Assembly: GCF_004010195.1 (NCBI RefSeq)
Contig: NC_057739.1
Span: 35,972,163 to 36,036,162 of the forward strand
Length of the DNA stretch: 64,000 nucleotides
Direction of reading: 5' to 3'
DNA from: Chiloscyllium plagiosum
Taxonomy: Eukaryota
Made by a program: the position numbers and the translations under genes. Position 1 is the first letter of the stretch. Each line of letters opens with the position of its first letter. The notes under the pieces are model-generated. The model saw only the letters and a program-made list of their open reading frames with translations, had not been told where the DNA came from and searched no databases. Below are positions 51,706-63,274 of this stretch, piece by piece.

Positions 51706-53289
51706 ATGATTGAACTTGCTTTTAATAACAAACTCGTTTCTTGTCAATGACCATGAACCAGCAAACGACAACAAGCATCCTCACACATTTGGTCCACAGT
51801 CACCAGTCCTTTGGCTTCCTCACTGTTGATATACCAACTCTCTATCAACTCAATTATGGCTTCAATCAATTCTCAACTGAATCACTGGACAGCTACTCGA
51901 TGATGACTCTGGCCAATATGACAATGAACATTTTAGCCTTGCTAAGTACCCTTTTTCCTGTAGCTCAGTTGAAGAAATAAAAGTCTTCAACAGCGAATAG
52001 CAATTGAGGATAGCAACCCATTGTTGAATGGCAGATTGACATGTTGTTAACCTGAACTTTAATCAATCAAAGCAGCATTAACAGTTGTGTTTGATCTTGT
52101 CTTCACCACATGTCTACAGAGAAAAGCTTTTGCAGCAGAGACTGCTGGGCAACAAAATACCTGCCTACTTATTAGCTCTGCATACATACTTAGTCACAAT
52201 GAGGTGACAGTGTAATTCAGTCTAGTAGGTGATCATCACAACAGATTACTTACTGCACTGGAGCCTTTCAGTTGTCAGACTCTAAACCATCCAAATTCTG
52301 TATACTTTTAAATCTGATCATCTACCGCTTCTGGATTTATTGCCATTTTGATAACAATTCATTGTGTATGTATTTAATGGTTTTAATGCAATGAAATATC
52401 ACAAGATGCTTAGCAGGAACATTATAAAACAAAATGTGATACTGCCCCAACAAATATATATTATGTTAGATGACTAAACATTTGGTCAAAGAAAAAACAT
52501 TTAACTTGTGCCTTAATAGGAGGAAAACAAGAAGGAGAGGTGAAGACATATAGCAAGGGTTTTAGAGAATTTCAGAGCTCGAGGTCGAGGTAACTGAAGG
52601 CAAAGCCACTAGTTGTGGAGAAATCTAAAAGGCCAGGACTAGAAACACCAAGATTTCTTAGAGATGTGCACCCAGAGGATATTACAGAGATCTGGAGGTA
52701 CAGAGCATAGAGGGATTCAAAATCAAAGCTCATAATTGAGAGTCAAGATGCTGCTTGAACAGGAGTCAATGTAGATTAGCGAGGATAGATAAATGAGACT
52801 AGCTGTGATTTGAAACATGGGCAAATTTTCAATGTCCTCACATTTTCAGAGGTGGAAAATATGATTCACCAGATGAGAATAACTAAATGACAAAATAATT
52901 ACTAGGTGTTGCATTTCAGATGCCCCAATCATGGCAGTTCCATTTCACATCTACTGTTCCCCAAACTATGCCTTCTAAACGCTGCAAGCATTTGCCAACC
53001 CTGAGTTAATGACCAAGAGCAAACCAACTATAATCAATGTGCATTGGATTTGCAAAAATCACTAATGCCCTGATTACCAGACTGACTGATACTGATTCCC
53101 CAGCTGTCAGTTCATGGTCAACAAAACCATGGTTGTTAGCCAAAGACACCAAAGTCCAAACTGCAGGCTCATGGCTACCAGAGTGGCCAGCTGACTGCTA
53201 TCTGTATATATGGCGACCAATATATTCCCACCAGAACTCTAGCTGTTAATCCCAGCAAGTTCCAAGTGTCTAGCCATTGTCAGCAGATT

Positions 53290-53762
53290 CCAGGTTGCAA
53301 TTCTCATCTAAGCCCAGTCAAGCAGGAATTCAACACAAGTCTGAGCTGTCAGTCACTCCCAGTAGATCCCAGGATGCCATTCTTATCAGAGCCGCCCTGC
53401 CAGCAATTGCCCAGAATCCAGACAGCCAGTCATTCCCACAAATCACATGCTGCCAGCCATTCCCAGCTGATCCTGGGTTATTACTCCCAAGTGATTCCAG
53501 TCTGCTGGCCATTGCCAGGTGATCCCAGCCTACCAGCCATTCCCAACTGATCCCAGGATATTACTCCCAAGTGATCCCAGTGTGCCGGCCATTCCCAGCT
53601 GATCCCAGAGCATTACTCCCAGCTGATCACAGACTGCCGGGCCATTCCCAACTGATTCTAGTGTATTACTCCCAGCTGATCCCGGTGTACCGGCTATTCC
53701 CAAGGTTCTACTCTCAGCTGATCCCAGTCTGCCGACAATTCTCAGCTGATCACGGGATCCCA
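53290..53762. repeat. Minisatellite with core TCCCAGCTGATCCCAG (alternating about 23/28-bp units)
   Basis: Repeated ccattcccagctgatcccag and attactcccaagtgatcccag units, best preserved at 53455-53760. Confidence 0.85.
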
Positions 53763-53861
53763 AACTCTGGAGGTGTAAAATCCAAGCTGATGCCGATGAA
53801 CACTAAGCCAGGGCAGTTCATTGACTGAAAGAAACACACCGCGCAGCCAGTCCCAGCTCAC

Positions 53862-53990
53862 CTCCCGAGCAGCGGGCCGCACTCTGCCTCCGCGGGCTTT
53901 ATTCACACGGGCCAGTCCCTGTTCGGAGTTAATTTGTTTGTTTAGTGTTTTTTGGTGAGGGGGGGAGCAAGGAGGGGTATTCTCCCCTCA
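53862..53990 (-). other. Probable non-coding first exon of a divergent minus-strand gene (LRRC8A by synteny inference only)
   Basis: Minus-strand donor GAG|GTGAGC (plus-strand ctcac 53857-53861) at the left edge of the CpG-rich region. Human KYAT1 is head-to-head with LRRC8A, whose first exons are non-coding. No LRRC8 coding sequence is visible here. Confidence 0.45.
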
Positions 53991-54384
53991 GGAACAAACA
54001 TTCCCCCTCCCCGGAGGAAGTGACGTCACACGCGAGCCGGAAAGGGCACGATCCCTGCTGGCTGCAAATCCGCCAGTTGGAGATTTTGCGCCAAAACTTG
54101 AATAGTCCAGTCGATCAGTTCGTTCGATTTTGGTTCAGTCAATTTCCTCAGTGGAAAACAAAAACCGAACTCCAACCCGACCGAATATCCGAACCGTCTT
54201 CATTTTTTTCCGCGGACGTGGTTGTTTGCAGGGTGGGTGGTGGGGAGGAAATGAAGATGAGTGTGTGATCTCTCTTTGGGTCCGGGGTGCCGCGCGGAGG
54301 TTGGGCCCTGGACAAAGGATCCGCCCCGTTGAGGTTTCCCTACCGCGAGAAGGTCCGCCCTGCGAGCGGCTCCCCCGACCCAGG

Positions 54385-54450
54385 ACAGAGTGAAGGCGGC
54401 GATATTGACATCAATCATAAGGGTCTCGTCTCGGTCTCCTGTGCGCCTGC
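54385..54450 (+). other. Probable non-coding first exon of the KYAT1-like gene (5' end approximate)
   Basis: Donor TGC|GTGAGT at 54450/54451 at the right edge of the CpG-rich region, downstream of GC boxes and upstream of the KYAT exons. Confidence 0.55.
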
Positions 54451-54717
54451 GTGAGTAAATGCAAAACGATCCACTTGACAATACGTGAAAAAAATTAAAG
54501 GGGGCGAGTAGGGAATATAGCAGTATAAGTAAAGGACATGATGTTGAGGTGCCAGTGTTGGACTGGGGTGGACAAAATTAAACATCATTTAACACCAGAT
54601 TATAATCCAGTCTGTTGGACGATAACCTCGTGTTGTGATTTTTTTTTAAACAAAGTAAAAGTCTGAAAGATGAGTTTGACAGGTAACGCAAACACCTTAG
54701 ACGGAAGCTTCTAGATG

Positions 54718-56466
54718 GTAAAAACAATGACTGCAGATGCTGGAAACCAGATTCTGGATCAGTGGTGCTGGAAGAGCACAGCAATTCAGGCAGCATCCGA
54801 GGACAGGCAAAATCGACGTTTCGGGCAAAAGCCCTTCATCAGGAATAAAGGCAGAGAGCCTGAAGCGTGGAGAGATAAGCTAGAGGAGGGGGGGGGTGGG
54901 GAGAAAGTGGCATAGAGTACAATAGGTCAGGGGGGAAGGAGATGAAGGTGATAGGTCAGGGAGGAGAGGGTGGAGATCGTCAGGAATGTGGTGAGGGGGC
55001 AATGGGGCTGAAAGATAAATACTGGGCTGGGCTGGTGGGAGGGTCACTGGGAAGGCGATAAGAATATGTAGGTGGGATTGATTGTGATATGTCGGAGGGG
55101 AGGGTGGAGTGGATAGTTGGGAAGGAAGATGGACAATTAGTTCAGTTCAAGAGGGCAGTGCGAGGTTGAACGGTTGGATCTGGGAGAGGTTGGTGAGGGG
55201 ATATTTGGAATTTGGTGAGGTCAACGTTGATACTGTACAGTTTGAAGTTTCCAGCTGTCCTATCACCTATCCACTTCACCGTCCTCTCCGACAGATCACC
55301 ATCACACCCCACCTGCATCTACCTATCGTCTTCCAAGCTACCTTCCACACAGCTCCATCCCCACTCTCATATTTATTTCTTCGCACCCTTTCCTCTCCCT
55401 TAACCCCAACTTTCCTGATGAAGGATTTATGCCTGAAACGTCAACTCTCCTGCCCCTCGGATGCCACCAACTTGCTGTGCTTTTCCATGACTACACTATT
55501 CAACTCTCATCTTCAGCATCTGCAGCCCTCACTTTCTCTCGGCCNNNNNNNNNNNNNNNNNNNNNNNNNNNNNNNNNNNNNNNNNNNNNNNNNNNNNNNN
55601 NNNNNNNNNNNNNNNNNNNNNNNNNNNNNNNNNNNNNNNNNNNNNNNNNNNNNNNNNNNNNNNNNNNNNNNNNNNNNNNNNNNNNNNNNNNNNNNNNNNN
55701 NNNNNNNNNNNNNNNNNNNNNNNNNNNNNNNNNNNNNNNNNNNNNNNNNNNNNNNNNNNNNNNNNNNNNNNNNNNNNNNNNNNNNNNNNNNNNNNNNNNN
55801 NNNNNNNNNNNNNNNNNNNNNNNNNNNNNNNNNNNNNNNNNNNNNNNNNNNNNNNNNNNNNNNNNNNNNNNNNNNNNNNNNNNNNNNNNNNNNNNNNNNN
55901 NNNNNNNNNNNNNNNNNNNNNNNNNNNNNNNNNNNNNNNNNNNNNNNNNNNNNNNNNNNNNNNNNNNNNNNNNNNNNNNNNNNNNNNNNNNNNNNNNNNN
56001 NNNNNNNNNNNNNNNNNNNNNNNNNNNNNNNNNNNNNNNNNNNNNNNNNNNNNNNNNNNNNNNNNNNNNNNNNNNNNNNNNNNNNNNNNNNNNNNNNNNN
56101 NNNNNNNNNNNNNNNNNNNNNNNNNNNNNNNNNNNNNNNNNNNNNNNNNNNNNNNNNNNNNNNNNNNNNNNNNNNNNNNNNNNNNNNNNNNNNNNNNNNN
56201 NNNNNNNNNNNNNNNNNNNNNNNNNNNNNNNNNNNNNNNNNNNNNNNNNNNNNNNNNNNNNNNNNNNNNNNNNNNNNNNNNNNNNNNNNNNNNNNNNNNN
56301 NNNNNNNNNNNNNNNNNNNNNNNNNNNNNNNNNNNNNNNNNNNNNNNNNNNNNNNNNNNNNNNGCTCTCTGCCTTTATTCCTGATGAAAGGCTTTTACCC
56401 GAAACGTCGATTTTGCCTGTCCTCGGATGCTGCCTGAATTGCTGTGCTCTTCCAGCACCACTGATC
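54718..56466. mobile_element. Composite Penelope-like fold-back insertion spanning an assembly gap (N 55545-56363)
   Basis: 16-bp TSD cggaagcttctagatg at 54702-54717 and 56467-56482. Near-identical inverted outer arms with hammerhead cores; a more diverged inverted pair inside. Confidence 0.85.
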
Positions 56467-56714
56467 CGGAAGCTTCTAGATGCCAGACCCTTGGGGGCAC
56501 GGTTGTTTTTTGTCAAAAGAGATTTTATTTTAAATAACGGTTTTCATACTGCTTAAAATATTTTCTTTTTTTGATTACAGAGCGTCACCTGTTATGGGAG
56601 ATACTACTCAAGTCGCATTATTGTGATTGTAAACACGTTTTGGGGGTGGCTTAGGTTTGGCAACGTGTGTGGAGAGAAAACACTCTTAAACATTCGAGTA
56701 GTTAAAACCTAGAA

Positions 56715-56995
56715 CTGGGAATGCTGGAAATGTGAAACAAAAAAGTAGTGGTGAAATTCGGCAGGTCTGGCAGCATCTGTGGAGAGAGAATATTTGAGTG
56801 CTGAAGTCCCTGGACTCAAAACATTAACTCTGTTTTCTGTCCTCAGATGCTGTCTGACCGCTCGAGTTTCTCGAACAATTTATTTTGTTTTAAACAATTT
56901 GTTTTGTCTTCCACAACTACCAAACCTGGCGAATCTCCCCAGAGATTTGTGTTTTTATTTCACATATCCAAAGTCTGCAGCTTTGCTTTTTTTTT
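56715..56995. mobile_element. Old inverted-arm Penelope-related remnant (relatives at about 14665-14830, 39055-39150, 50515-50700)
   Basis: gcaggtctggcagcatctgtggagagaga ... acattaactctgttttctgtcctcagatgctgtctgacc, with partial self-complementarity. Confidence 0.5.
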
Positions 56996-58678
56996 GAGTC
57001 ACATTTGTGATCTAGTGTGACAAAACATTCAAATCCTATAAAAAAAAAGGAAAGGAGGCCATTTGTCTGTCATGTCTCTTGTGCAGACTCTCCAAAGGAG
57101 CAGTTCAACTGCAGCTACTTCCTGCTTTTTATGTATAGACCTGCACATTCTTTGTTTTCAGATAATGCAATTCCTCCTGAATGTCTTGATTGTGTTTGAT
57201 TCCTATACACCTTCGCAATGCAAAATCTTCACCTGTCACTGCATAAGGATTGTTTTGTTCTTTACCTGAAGTTTGTGCCCTCTGGTTTTCAATCTGGCCA
57301 CCAACGACAACACATTTTCCTTATCTGAAAGCTAGGTAAAATAAAGTTGCCTGGTGTGAAATACTGGCAACCAACTTGTGGAAAGGATGTGAATCAAAAT
57401 GAGGAACCTGTTTCCTTTTGGGTGGATGGCAGTACATAAACAAAATCAATTTAAGTCTTTACACAATTTAAAATAAAGCTTAATTTAGTTTTTAAGAGTG
57501 GAGGAAACTCATCCAACACTGAAGTAGCACCATGTTGTTATTGTTGGATGTGCCAGCTTTTGGATGAAAGGTTAAAACATGTTCAGATGGGTGTGAATGA
57601 TTCCACAGAACTATTGTTAACAGAAATTTCGCAGTGGTGCAAATAATAAGGAAAGATGAGGCAAACAAACTTAGAGCTCCTTGGAATGAATAAAGAGAAA
57701 TTTATTAAGTTAAAGAAGAAAAAGTGTGCGTTTAATTGGTGTCAGATAGAAAATGCAATTGAGAATATTTAATAGAAGCTGAAAAAAGATGGTTCAGAAA
57801 GGATATGAAAAATAAATGAGTTGCAAAAATGAATTACAAAAAGAAAAGACTAGCAGCCAACATAAACGGGAATCGCAGTCATCTACAGGCATATAAACAA
57901 TAAAAGAGTGGTGAAAGGAGAAGTCCAATTAGGGACCATAATGGAATTTTATGATCTGGAGAAATGAATGGCATGAGACGTAGTAATATTATTGAGAACC
58001 TGAAAGAACTTGGTTAAATTTATATAGTTGATATGCTGTCCGTATGTTCAGCATATATTTTTTCTTTTATATAACTCCTTCCTCATAATGGACCGATGTC
58101 TGCAGGAAAATGGATGCAAAACTGCTGCATTTAAAAGCTGTTTTTTGACGGCATTTAATTCAGTTGAGAGATATTTAATTTTATGTAAAATATTAATTTG
58201 GGAATTTCATTGACATATTCCTTGTGCTAAATAAAAATTAACTGTGAAAAAAATTAAATTGCCATTAATTTTGTGCTGATTACCATTATTGTAAACCACT
58301 TTGAAAAATATTTCTATGGTAATTTGCAATTATGTAGCATCTTAACATAGAAAAACATGTCTCAGTGGACTTCAAAACAGATAACATTTTTGCAAACTAT
58401 AAAGAACGCTGTTCAGTATGCATTAATGTAAACTTATGCAAAGTTAGTGAAAATCACATTGCTTGTAAGCATTTTGTAATACAATATGAAACCCAGATTC
58501 ATTTTTTGCATTAAAGTTCTTCCTGTTGTATTATTGTTCATTGAACAAGAATGGTATCCTGCTGAATATGTCTAATAACTATAAGTTTATTTAGTGCATG
58601 TACCTTCATGTCCAGCAGATGGTGGTCGGAAGGCTAGATGAATTGTAAATAGCCCTAATTACAGAAGAGATAGCAGAT

Positions 58679-58750
58679 ATGCTCAGGGGACCTGCACACA
58701 TAATCATAAGAAATAACAGTTTGATTAGCAACATTTTGCAGAGGAAGAAG
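58679..58750 (+). CDS. KYAT1: Probable upstream KYAT1 exon encoding a mitochondrial-targeting-like leader, MLRGPAHIIIRNNSLISNILQRKK
   Basis: ATG 58679 is open for 24 codons to the donor AAG|gtaaac (phase 0) and joins in frame to GTA ATG ATG of exon 61591. Five basic residues, no acidic residues. Acceptor uncertain (candidates end at 58594, 58618 or 58664). Confidence 0.6.
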
Positions 58751-59779
58751 GTAAACAATTTTTTTTCTGCAGTTATTTAGCTATGAAAATTTGAGGGTGA
58801 AAGAAGGAAGACATCTTTAGTAATTCCTTAAAGTATAAATGGGATGACTAATGTAGTGAAACATTTGTACAGAATAGGATCTCACAACAATGACAAATTA
58901 ACTTGTTTTTGATGATGTTGCTTGAAAGAAGGATGTTGATCTAAAAATTGGGCACATTTTCTCTGCATTTTCCACCTAATCAGACAGGACTTTGGCTTTA
59001 TAGTTCATCTAAAAGATGGTCTGTCAGTAGCACAATGCGTTTTCAGTCTTAATAATGTTCTCACCTTCTAATGAGTCTTGCTCTCTATGTGCCTTATTGA
59101 GAAATGATATGACTATTCAAAAATTATTTGTAATATGGAAAAAAATTGTTTCCACATGTTCATTTTACCATTTGACAGTGTTTAAAATGATAAAACAGTA
59201 ATCGACAGTCCAGACAGAAATAATAGAGAACAAAAGATTAAAGATATCCAGGATTCCAGTTAGCATCTGAAGATAACAGATAAATAGTGATATTTTGCCT
59301 GTCTTGTTTTCGGTCTGATAACAGCTGCAATGTCTGATTGAGTTATTTGAGGTCATTCATGTAACAAAGTCATTTGTGTTAATCCAGTCAGTGGAAAAGA
59401 ATAAAGGAATCAAAGTTGATTATGAAGATTGATGACACAGAATCGTGATTTCATCAGAGGGGAATTCAGTGATACGAGACTTCAGTTTGGTGGATAGAAA
59501 GTTGGAAGTTTTAAAAAGTCATTGAGGTTAGTGGAGTGGTAGAGATGGTTGATGAATTTAGCTTTGTTATTTCTAGCTACAGGTACGTTATTTGAAGTAG
59601 GGTGATTGTTGCAAGCCAGCATACACTGCAGAGGTCTTGAAATAAATAAAGACACAATATACTTAAAGTCACATCTTGGACTGACGTGTGCACTATTCCC
59701 CATTGCATGCCCAAAAGTCCCTCGACAGTTTGCGTTCACTCCTGTTTTTGTGAGATGATGCTTCTTGTTTCTCAGTGGT

Positions 59780-60112
59780 GGGCGGCACGGTGACACAGTG
59801 GTTAGCACTTCTGCCTCACAGCGCCAGAGACCCGGGTTCAATTCCCGCCTCAGGCGACTGCCTATGTGGAGTTTGCACATTCTCCCCGTGTCTGCATGGG
59901 TTTCCTCCGGGTGCTCTGGTTTCCTCCCACAGTCCAAAAATGTGCAGGTTAGGTGAATTGGCCACGCTAAATTGCCCGTAGTGTTCGATGCAGGGGTAAA
60001 TGTAGGGGAATGGGTATGGGTGGGTTGCGCTTCGGCGGGTCGGTGTGGACTTGTTGGGCTGAAGGGCCTGTTTCCATACTGTAAGTAAGCTAATCTAATG
60101 TAATAATCTAAA
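59780..60112 (+). mobile_element. Full-length HE1-type SINE in a KYAT1 intron
   Basis: tRNA-like head, conserved body, degenerate (taatc)n tail. Confidence 0.92.
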
Positions 60113-60796
60113 CTAATGATATAATATGTAGTGCTCATTCCCTTCAGCGTTTTGTTTCATTATACCTTCATTTTTCATTACTGATGCTCTGTCTATTTAT
60201 TATTTGTATCTGCCATCTTGTCTCATTGTAAGCATGCTTTCATTCTAGGATGGCTTTTGGTTTAGGCCTCTTTGCTTGACCTGAGCACATAATCCAACTA
60301 GTATTTCATTGTATAACTGAGGGATTGATTGTGGGGAAATACCAACTTTTGTATGAGTCATTAAACTGAACTTCATCTTCCTATTTAGGTGGATATCAGA
60401 GATCCTTTGGTATTCTGCAGAAAAGAGGTTGAGAGAGTTCCCAATGTCTTTATCAAAATCTATTCCCCAACACCACCATATGAAAGGAGTATTCAGTTAC
60501 TTGTCTCATCATTGTGGGTTTTTGTGCAAATTTATTGCCGTGTTGGTCGACATAACAACATCAGTTTCAGAAGTACCTGTGATTGCAAGTTTAATAAAGG
60601 ATTGGCCCAATGTTTTTATATCTCTTACATATCCATTTTATAGCAGATATTCTGTACTTTGTAATAATCTCTTTCAACTGATGTGTGGCTTGCTGCCTAG
60701 ATCTACACTTCTGCAACAGTATAGCAAATACTGCCATGTGTTACATAAAATTTTGCATCACAGAAACAGGCCATTCTGACCAACTGATCTCTGCTG

Positions 60797-60915
60797 TTCT
60801 AGATTTGAGTGGTGCTGGAAAAGCACAGCAGGTCAGGCAAAAGCCCTTCATCAGCTTTTCCAGCACCACTCTAATCTAGACTCTGATCTCCAGCATCTGC
60901 AGTCCTCACTTTCAC
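60797..60915. mobile_element. Collapsed Penelope-like inverted-arm insertion
   Basis: tctagatttgagtggtgctggaaaagc ... gcttttccagcaccactctaatctaga plus tail; TSD ctga(t/c)ctctgctg at 60784-60796 and 60916-60928. Confidence 0.8.
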
Positions 60916-61590
60916 CTGACCTCTGCTGGTGTTTATAATTTCAATGTCCTCCCATTTGACATCATTTCAGCCAATTAGAATACCCTATTTACTTTCCCCT
61001 TGTGCTTAACTAATTTCCACTTAAAAGGTCTGAACTGTTTTTTGGTGGCCAGTTCTCCATTCTCACCATCCTCCAGCATTAAAAAAAAATTAAATTTATT
61101 ATTTGATTTATTAGTAACTAGTTAAATTTATGGTCCTGAGGTTTGAACTTTGCTCCAAATGGAAACATTTGTAAATTGGCCCTATCAAACTCACCTCTCA
61201 GTCCTACTAGAGAAGTCGGCCCTACTGTTTTATTTGACCTAATGGGTATAACATCTTAGTTATTGAATCCCTAAGATTTTTTTGCACTTTTTTCGAATCC
61301 CTCTATATCCTTTTTTAATACAGACAGACCTCCAACTGCCATCTAAGTAAGGATTTGTTGAAGTTTAACAATACTTTTTAAATTTTGTTCCTTTAGACAG
61401 GAAGCTCAATGGCCAATTGTTTGTGAAATTTTGTTTCCTTTATTCAGGAATGTTCAAACATTTGTTTTTGATTAGTGTCTTGATCATGTACAAGAGATAA
61501 TTAAATTTTTTGTTACGGTTAGTTGTTGTTCTTTATTTAAGTGCTTGAATTTGGCAATTGTAAATTAAATCTATTGTCTATGTTGTTTAG

Positions 61591-61649
61591 GTAATGATGT
61601 CCCAGCAGATTCATTCTCGGAGAATTGAAGGATTAGACAAGAATGTTTG
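61591..61649 (+). CDS. KYAT1: Kynurenine aminotransferase (KYAT1/CCBL1-like) first conserved coding exon, (VM)MSQQIHSRRIEGLDKNVW
   Basis: Acceptor tgttgtttag|, donor |gtaaat, 59 nt. ATG at 61597 gives MSQQIHSRRIEGLDKNV-W, colinear with human KYAT1 MAKQLQARRLDGIDYNPW and KYAT3 KRIEGLDSNVW (recalled sequences). The split Trp codon (TG/G) is completed by the next exon. Confidence 0.9.
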
Positions 61650-63274
61650 GTAAATTGATGGTTTACTTACGGGAGAAGTTTACTGAGTATAAAAAGACAT
61701 TGAGGAATCTTGTCTATTGCTAGATATCAGTGGATGGAATATCGTGGTTCAATATAACTCGTTATGGCAATTGCAAGATTTTTCACATTGCATACTCAAG
61801 AGTGATTTTGTGAAATTCTCTACAATTGTGCATCTCAATTTTTGTTAAAAATAACTTTAGGGTTGCTTCAAATTTGTTTTACAAAAGAAAAATCTTAAGT
61901 TGCATGTAAGTGGACTTAGTAGCACCTGTTCTGTGACCAAAGTGTCCTTAACGATTCTTTGTACAGATGCTGATGCACATGTTGTCTACAAGAACAGGCA
62001 TGGCACATTGTGGCAGCAGTCAGTATTCAATGCTGATCTGACGCAAGTAGCTCTATTGCATGTTCTCACCTAAGCTTGCATGTTGTATATGTATTGAATA
62101 GCAGGAAGGATCCCTACAAGCACTGTTGAAAGGGATAATTAAACGTTTACAGCTGTGGACCCTTTGCTCACTTCAAGACTAATGTGTAAACTTCTTCCTC
62201 TAGACATGGCTGTATGAATAGGAAAGCCCCTTGAAATTAAGCATGACTGGGGAAATGAGAAGAGGATATGTGAAGCAGGACCAGCTGCTAGAATGGGGTG
62301 ATAGGCTCTCTGGAAGAGGCCATTTCCTCATAGCGTCCATAGATAGCAATTTTCCTACCTGGACCTCAGCCAGAAACAATATGGGATATCTGCATTTCTT
62401 CAGGATGGTATTCTCTGAAATCTGTGACTGCGATCATAATGGCAAAGGCCGTACTGCCTGTGACTGTGACAGTGACTGTAATAATTAACTTTTCTATGTT
62501 GCCTTCCAAGCTGGTGCTGGAAATATTAGCACCACTTTGCTGTTCACTGTTGTTAAGGGGGCTCTCTATTCAAAATGTCAGATACAAGTGGAATGAGCTC
62601 CTGGTTTACTCAGATTACTGCCTTCTTCGTTGTCCAATGTCCATTGACTCAACCCACATTGCTTTCCAGTTTCCCAGCACCTGCTCCATCCAGAATGCAT
62701 CTCTGATTTTAGAGAAGCAGCCTAGCTTTAAGCATTCCTTTAAGAAGTGCTAACATGTATCAATTTTGGACCATTTATTGATTTTGCAATCAGTCAGCAT
62801 TGTGATACTATGCAGCCTGTGTTTCCGCTGAATGGATGCAGGCTAATTGCACCTGTGTTCAGTCATTACCCAATTTTGCTCCCAGTATGCTTCAAGGACT
62901 CTTGTAGAACAGTAGTAGTGTCTGTATGGACTAGGAGGTCCCACCTGGTCCAGAGATGTATTATAATATATCTGAATAGGTGACTGAAAAACATTCCTAG
63001 AAAGTTTCAAGTTCCACTGATGATGCTGCAGTTAATTTTGGCAAGATGCAAAAGAAGGTGATTCAGTCAATTCTTGTAAGGCAAAGAAAAATCTGAAATT
63101 TTGTTTATTCGACCACTCTTGAACACGTTAGTAGTCAGTTGCAAAACAGAATTGCCAGTGGTACGTGGTATCTAATGACTTGCTCCCTTTATAGCAAGGT
63201 ACTTGTGTTGAGTTGTATCAGAGAAAGAGATGTGGAAGCAGCTAAAGGGAATTCTGATGTGTATTTATTTTTAG

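Larger units (their letters stand above)
53850..54460. promoter_or_regulatory. CpG-rich, probably bidirectional promoter
   Basis: Local CpG/GC enrichment in CpG-depleted DNA. Overlapping ETS-CRE motif GGAAGTGACGTCA at 54016-54028, CCGGAA at 54037, GC boxes (CCGCCC) near 54321 and 54355. Outward-facing splice donors on both strands. Confidence 0.75.

Noticed and set aside
1-53800. LRRC8A or other coding exons on the minus strand
   Set aside because: No long ORF or LRRC8/LRR-like translation was found; no gene symbol assigned.
53266-53828. Overlapping ORFs near the promoter
   Set aside because: They arise from the minisatellite; no recognisable protein or splice context.
55109-56556. Longest listed ORFs (338-442 aa)
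   Set aside because: Mostly translated N gap flanked by repeat sequence.
56560-56640. Strong acceptor ttttcttttttgattacag| at 56580 as a KYAT1 exon
   Set aside because: No clear donor, and its ATG stops after 10 codons. It may be a UTR exon but cannot be supported from sequence alone.
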